The translations under genes and the position numbers were made by a program. Below are positions 60,690-64,000 of a stretch of 64,000 nt of DNA, in pieces. Origin of the DNA: Candidatus Paceibacter sp. (GTDB lineage: Bacteria; Patescibacteriota; Patescibacteriia; Magasanikbacterales; UBA922); the NCBI GenBank assembly GCA_020725175.1, contig DYFM01000006.1, positions 2,190 through 66,189 of the forward strand. The letters are read 5' to 3'. The notes below the pieces were generated by a model. That model worked only from the letters and a program-made list of their open reading frames with translations. It did not search any database and had not been told where the DNA came from. How positions within the stretch are numbered: position 1 is the stretch's first letter; every line of letters begins with the position of its first letter.

Positions 60690-61574
60690 TTATTTACTCC
60701 ACCTCGCAAAAATTCCACACGGCAACAACCGTTCACTCCCCGCCTCTGCAATCGTCAATTCGCCAATTTCTACACCACCACCAAATTTCTCAACCAAATC
60801 ATCCAAATTTTGTTTGTACGCAATCGGTGAATATCCACTGGCATATCCATTCAACAAGAAAAATAGCGGTTCATCAGATAATAATTCTTTACACAACTCA
60901 ACAAACCCTACAAAATCTTTCTCAATCTGCCACATTTCTTTTTTTGGCCCATGTCCAAAAGCCGGCGGATCCATAATAATCCCCTCATACTTATTACCCC
61001 GGCGGATTTCTCTTTTTACAAAAGCCACTGCATCATCTAGAATCCAGCGAATCGGTCTATCAGCTATTCCAGAGATCTCCGCATTCTCCCGAGCCCAACC
61101 AATCGCTACTTTCGATCCGTCCACATGCACCACTTCCGCTCCCGCCTGTGCCGCCGCCAGTGATGCCGCCCCAGTATATCCAAACAAATTTAACACCCGA
61201 GGACTTTGGACTTTAGACTTTTGACTTTTGACTTGCTCGCGTATCCACTCCCAATTCTCCACATGTTCCGGAAACAACCCGGTATGTTTAAAAGTAGTCG
61301 GTCGAATCCAAAATTTCAATCCAGCTAGTTCTATTTGCCAACGCTCCGGAATATCATGATGAATCACCCACTCAGTACTTTTTCCATCGCGGACAAATTC
61401 AGCATCAACGTTTTTCCATTCTTTGACAGACAATCTTTTTTTCCACAGTGCTTGAGGATCAGGACGTGATAAAACAACAGAACCATAACGTTCCATTTTT
61501 TCTCCGTCTCCACTGTCGAGGAGTTCGTAGTCTTGGGTTGGTTTGGTGATTAATATACTTGTATTCGTAGACAT
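60690..61574 (-). CDS. class I SAM-dependent methyltransferase (RlmI/RlmK-like)
   Basis: YELLDSG.GEK.ER, HTGLFPE, LNLFGYTG, DPP.FG. Confidence 0.9.
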   Translation of the reverse strand: MSTNTSILITKPTQDYELLDSGDGEKMERYGSVVLSRPDPQALWKKRLSVKEWKNVDAEFVRDGKSTEWVIHHDIPERWQIELAGLKFWIRPTTFKHTGLFPEHVENWEWIREQVKSQKSKVQSPRVLNLFGYTGAASLAAAQAGAEVVHVDGSKVAIGWARENAEISGIADRPIRWILDDAVAFVKREIRRGNKYEGIIMDPPAFGHGPKKEMWQIEKDFVGFVELCKELLSDEPLFFLLNGYASGYSPIAYKQNLDDLVEKFGGGVEIGELTIAEAGSERLLPCGIFARWSK

Positions 61575-61679
61575 AAGTTATAGGAACACGCCTGCCCGCC
61601 TTGGGTGGGGATTAAACGGATTGAACAGATGTTAACGAATCAGTTCTAATTCGTTACATCCGTTTAATCCGCGGTCTAT

Positions 61680-62009
61680 TTATAAATCCATTCTAAAATT
61701 TATTCCATGATTTCGAAAGCCAAATTTTTCATATAATGCATGAACCTCAAGCTTTTCATGACGGCTTTGGGCTACCAACTTATAACAACCTTGTTTTTTC
61801 GCTTCTTCTATCACTCTTGCAATTAGCTGTTTACCAATTCCTTTTCCACGATGTTCTGGCTCAACAAATACATCTTCCATTAGACCATACGGTTCTTTAT
61901 GAAGATCATTTTTTATTATGTATAAATACACTCGAGCAATAATATCTGTGCCATGTTGTACAGTAATTTTGAAAAAAATAGTTTTCTTATTGTCAACGTG
62001 AAAATCCAT
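61680..62009 (-). CDS. GNAT acetyltransferase
   Basis: EDVFV..EHRGKGIG, LYEKFGF. Confidence 0.88.
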   Translation of the reverse strand: MDFHVDNKKTIFFKITVQHGTDIIARVYLYIIKNDLHKEPYGLMEDVFVEPEHRGKGIGKQLIARVIEEAKKQGCYKLVAQSRHEKLEVHALYEKFGFRNHGINFRMDL

Positions 62010-62016
62010 ACACAGA

Positions 62017-62952
62017 TCAATACCAATATTTCTGTTTATCCAAATTAATATCATACTTTTTTGCCAATTCTTTCATCTCTTGATCCGTTGAAGGTAAAAA
62101 AAGATCACGAATTATCTTTTTTTCTTCAGTTGGTAGCTCACTCATAACTTCTTGTAAAAATCTCGAATTTCCAGTAAGAAAGTACTTTAGGAAAATATGT
62201 AGTAAAAAATTACGTGGTTTATTAATTCTCTCTTCTATCTCTCCGATTATCTGCTCCACAATACGCACATGCATTTCATAAGGTACCTGAAATGAAATCT
62301 TTAGCGTCGGGTCTTTTCTTCTAACACAATCTCTTAAACGCTCTGCCAAAAATTCGGCAAAAGCTTCGTTTAACATTTCTCCTCTTCCTTTTTCTTCTGT
62401 ACTTTGTCTAAACCGAAACAGTCCCATCATCTCACTTTTAATTGTATGTTTTGGCTTTTCATCACTTTTAACATACGATAGCTTTTGTTGACTAATAAGA
62501 TGCGCAAATTCATGAGAAAGTTCCAAAAAATAATCCTCCTCTTTCCCTCTTTTCATGACAACGGAATGACCTCGATTTGTAAACGTAACTGCTTTCTGTA
62601 CATCTTTAGGATCAAACAAATGTATCCGATTGGCACTTATCTGTGGAATTTCATGATCATCAATTCCTAAACTTTTTCCTGTTTCATGCACAGCCTCATT
62701 AAGCAAAGTTATATACTTATTCTCATTCTCTGTTTTTTCCAATTCTTTTTCAAAGATGAAACCACCACCCTCTTTTCTTATAACAGGAAATCTTTTTTTA
62801 AATGCTACTTCCTCAAAAACCTGAGCCAAATCATTGATGGTACCATCATCAATATCAACTTCCGACCCCTCAGAAGTTAAACGAAATTCTCTGTTTGGTG
62901 CTCCTGAGGTCTCTGAGGGTACAAAAAGTTTTTTCACTGATCTTTCCTTCAT
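62017..62952 (-). CDS. hypothetical protein with zincin-like HExxH...NEA motif
   Basis: LSHEFAH and LNEAFAE. Confidence 0.6.
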   Translation of the reverse strand: MKERSVKKLFVPSETSGAPNREFRLTSEGSEVDIDDGTINDLAQVFEEVAFKKRFPVIRKEGGGFIFEKELEKTENENKYITLLNEAVHETGKSLGIDDHEIPQISANRIHLFDPKDVQKAVTFTNRGHSVVMKRGKEEDYFLELSHEFAHLISQQKLSYVKSDEKPKHTIKSEMMGLFRFRQSTEEKGRGEMLNEAFAEFLAERLRDCVRRKDPTLKISFQVPYEMHVRIVEQIIGEIEERINKPRNFLLHIFLKYFLTGNSRFLQEVMSELPTEEKKIIRDLFLPSTDQEMKELAKKYDINLDKQKYWY

Positions 62953-62958
62953 AATTTT

Positions 62959-63906
62959 CTACAATAATGTCGATATCACCTCCCCCAACACCACCGGATC
63001 AATCGAAGTCTCTTCACCTCGATTGGTAAACGTAACAACAGTACGATCCTTCAATTTATCAAGGTCCGCCACGACCTCTTTCCATCCTTTTTCCCGACAC
63101 TGTTTCAATTGTTTCTCCCCTAGCAGTGCCTCATCATAGAGTATCACATCTACCGGACGGGGTAAATATTGCTCCAATTCAAAAACAAATTCACTTAGTT
63201 TCTCAGGACCGGTTTCACCCTCGACATCAATCACTTTGTTAGCAACAAAAATCAATTTTGCCGCTGATTCTCGAATAGCGTCCTTTACCCCTTCCGGCAA
63301 GAGCGTTGCAATAATACTGGTATAAAAACTCCCCGGCCCAATAATAAGTGCATCTGCCTGAAGAATTTCTTCCCGAGCACGATCATACACCATTGGTGTT
63401 GGCTGAAGCCAGGCTCGACGAATTCGATGCTTCCGAGAATATACCGGTCGATCTATTTCATGCTCACCGATCACAATATCACCATTGGTCAACTCAACAC
63501 ACAGATCTGCCGATTCCGTAGTAACCGGAAATACCGGAGCAACCACATCTACTGCTTGCGCCAAAGCTCGAATAGCATCTACTATACCACCATTATACTT
63601 CTCTGCTAAACCAATAAATAAATGACCAATGCCAAATCCCTGTAGTTTCCCGTGTTCAGAGTACCGCGTATCATAAAATATTCGCTTCATGAGTTCATAA
63701 TCATACCGACTCATAGCTAAAACAGCTCGAAGAATATCTCCAGGGGGAAGTACACCTAGTTCTTTGCGAAGCTTACCTGAAGAACTACCAGAATCACTCA
63801 TGGCGATGATGGCGCTGATACTGAATTTGTCGAGATGATTCTTTAGCGCACGGATACTGATTGAACCGCCGTTGCCGCCACCTAAAATTGTAATACGTTG
63901 TTTCAT
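62959..63906 (-). CDS. YvcK/CofD-like (UDP-GlcNAc-binding) protein
   Basis: GGGNG, SDSGSSSG.LR, PPGD, GPGSFYTS. Confidence 0.88.
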   Translation of the reverse strand: MKQRITILGGGNGGSISIRALKNHLDKFSISAIIAMSDSGSSSGKLRKELGVLPPGDILRAVLAMSRYDYELMKRIFYDTRYSEHGKLQGFGIGHLFIGLAEKYNGGIVDAIRALAQAVDVVAPVFPVTTESADLCVELTNGDIVIGEHEIDRPVYSRKHRIRRAWLQPTPMVYDRAREEILQADALIIGPGSFYTSIIATLLPEGVKDAIRESAAKLIFVANKVIDVEGETGPEKLSEFVFELEQYLPRPVDVILYDEALLGEKQLKQCREKGWKEVVADLDKLKDRTVVTFTNRGEETSIDPVVLGEVISTLL

Positions 63907-64000
63907 AAATATCATTCTACCCACCTTTAGGTGGGGTAATTGAGGCTTTAGCCTCATACAAAACTGTCAATTTGGAAAACTCCGCAAATAACACTTCTTC

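Overview
64-kb chromosomal segment of a Patescibacteria/CPR (Parcubacteria-like) bacterium. This is inferred from the gene content and from the many Shine-Dalgarno-poor gene starts. It carries a small polysaccharide cluster (two GT4 glycosyltransferases, a WcaJ-like transferase), tRNA-Leu(GAG) directly followed by RNase P RNA, argS/tyrS/valS, lower glycolysis (gap, pgk, eno, two tandem gpmI), two SBBP-propeller surface proteins, rpsB-tsf, uvrA, rplS, gmk, two RluA-family synthases, a rare tRNA-Ile(UAU), and a split ATP-citrate-lyase-like gene set. No CRISPR, prophage, integrase or transposase is evident. The most striking signal is a set of very small repeat elements. (1) An 18-20 bp hairpin element CSTGTCCGCC-loop-GGYGG inserts with an apparent 1-bp duplication, nests within itself and other repeats, and sits in-frame twice in valS. 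(2) A TCCCGA-N4-5-TCGGGA hairpin occurs three times in rnpB and in a duplicated tRNA-Ile copy flanking a stand-alone GIY-YIG nuclease. (3) About 15 intergenic fold-back arrays are built from 6-9-nt units; these units also appear as short in-frame protein insertions, and one four-helix-bundle gene shares a unit. Features missed by the ORF track: a Val-codon leader-peptide attenuator upstream of valS, a promoter-to-terminator ~340-nt structured RNA with a sequestered 15-codon ORF, a 40-aa histone-H1-like Lys/Ala peptide behind a structured leader, and a Tat-type lipoprotein transglutaminase gene split at an A8 run. TyrS also carries a zinc-ribbon-like insertion. All calls are by eye, with no database searches run.
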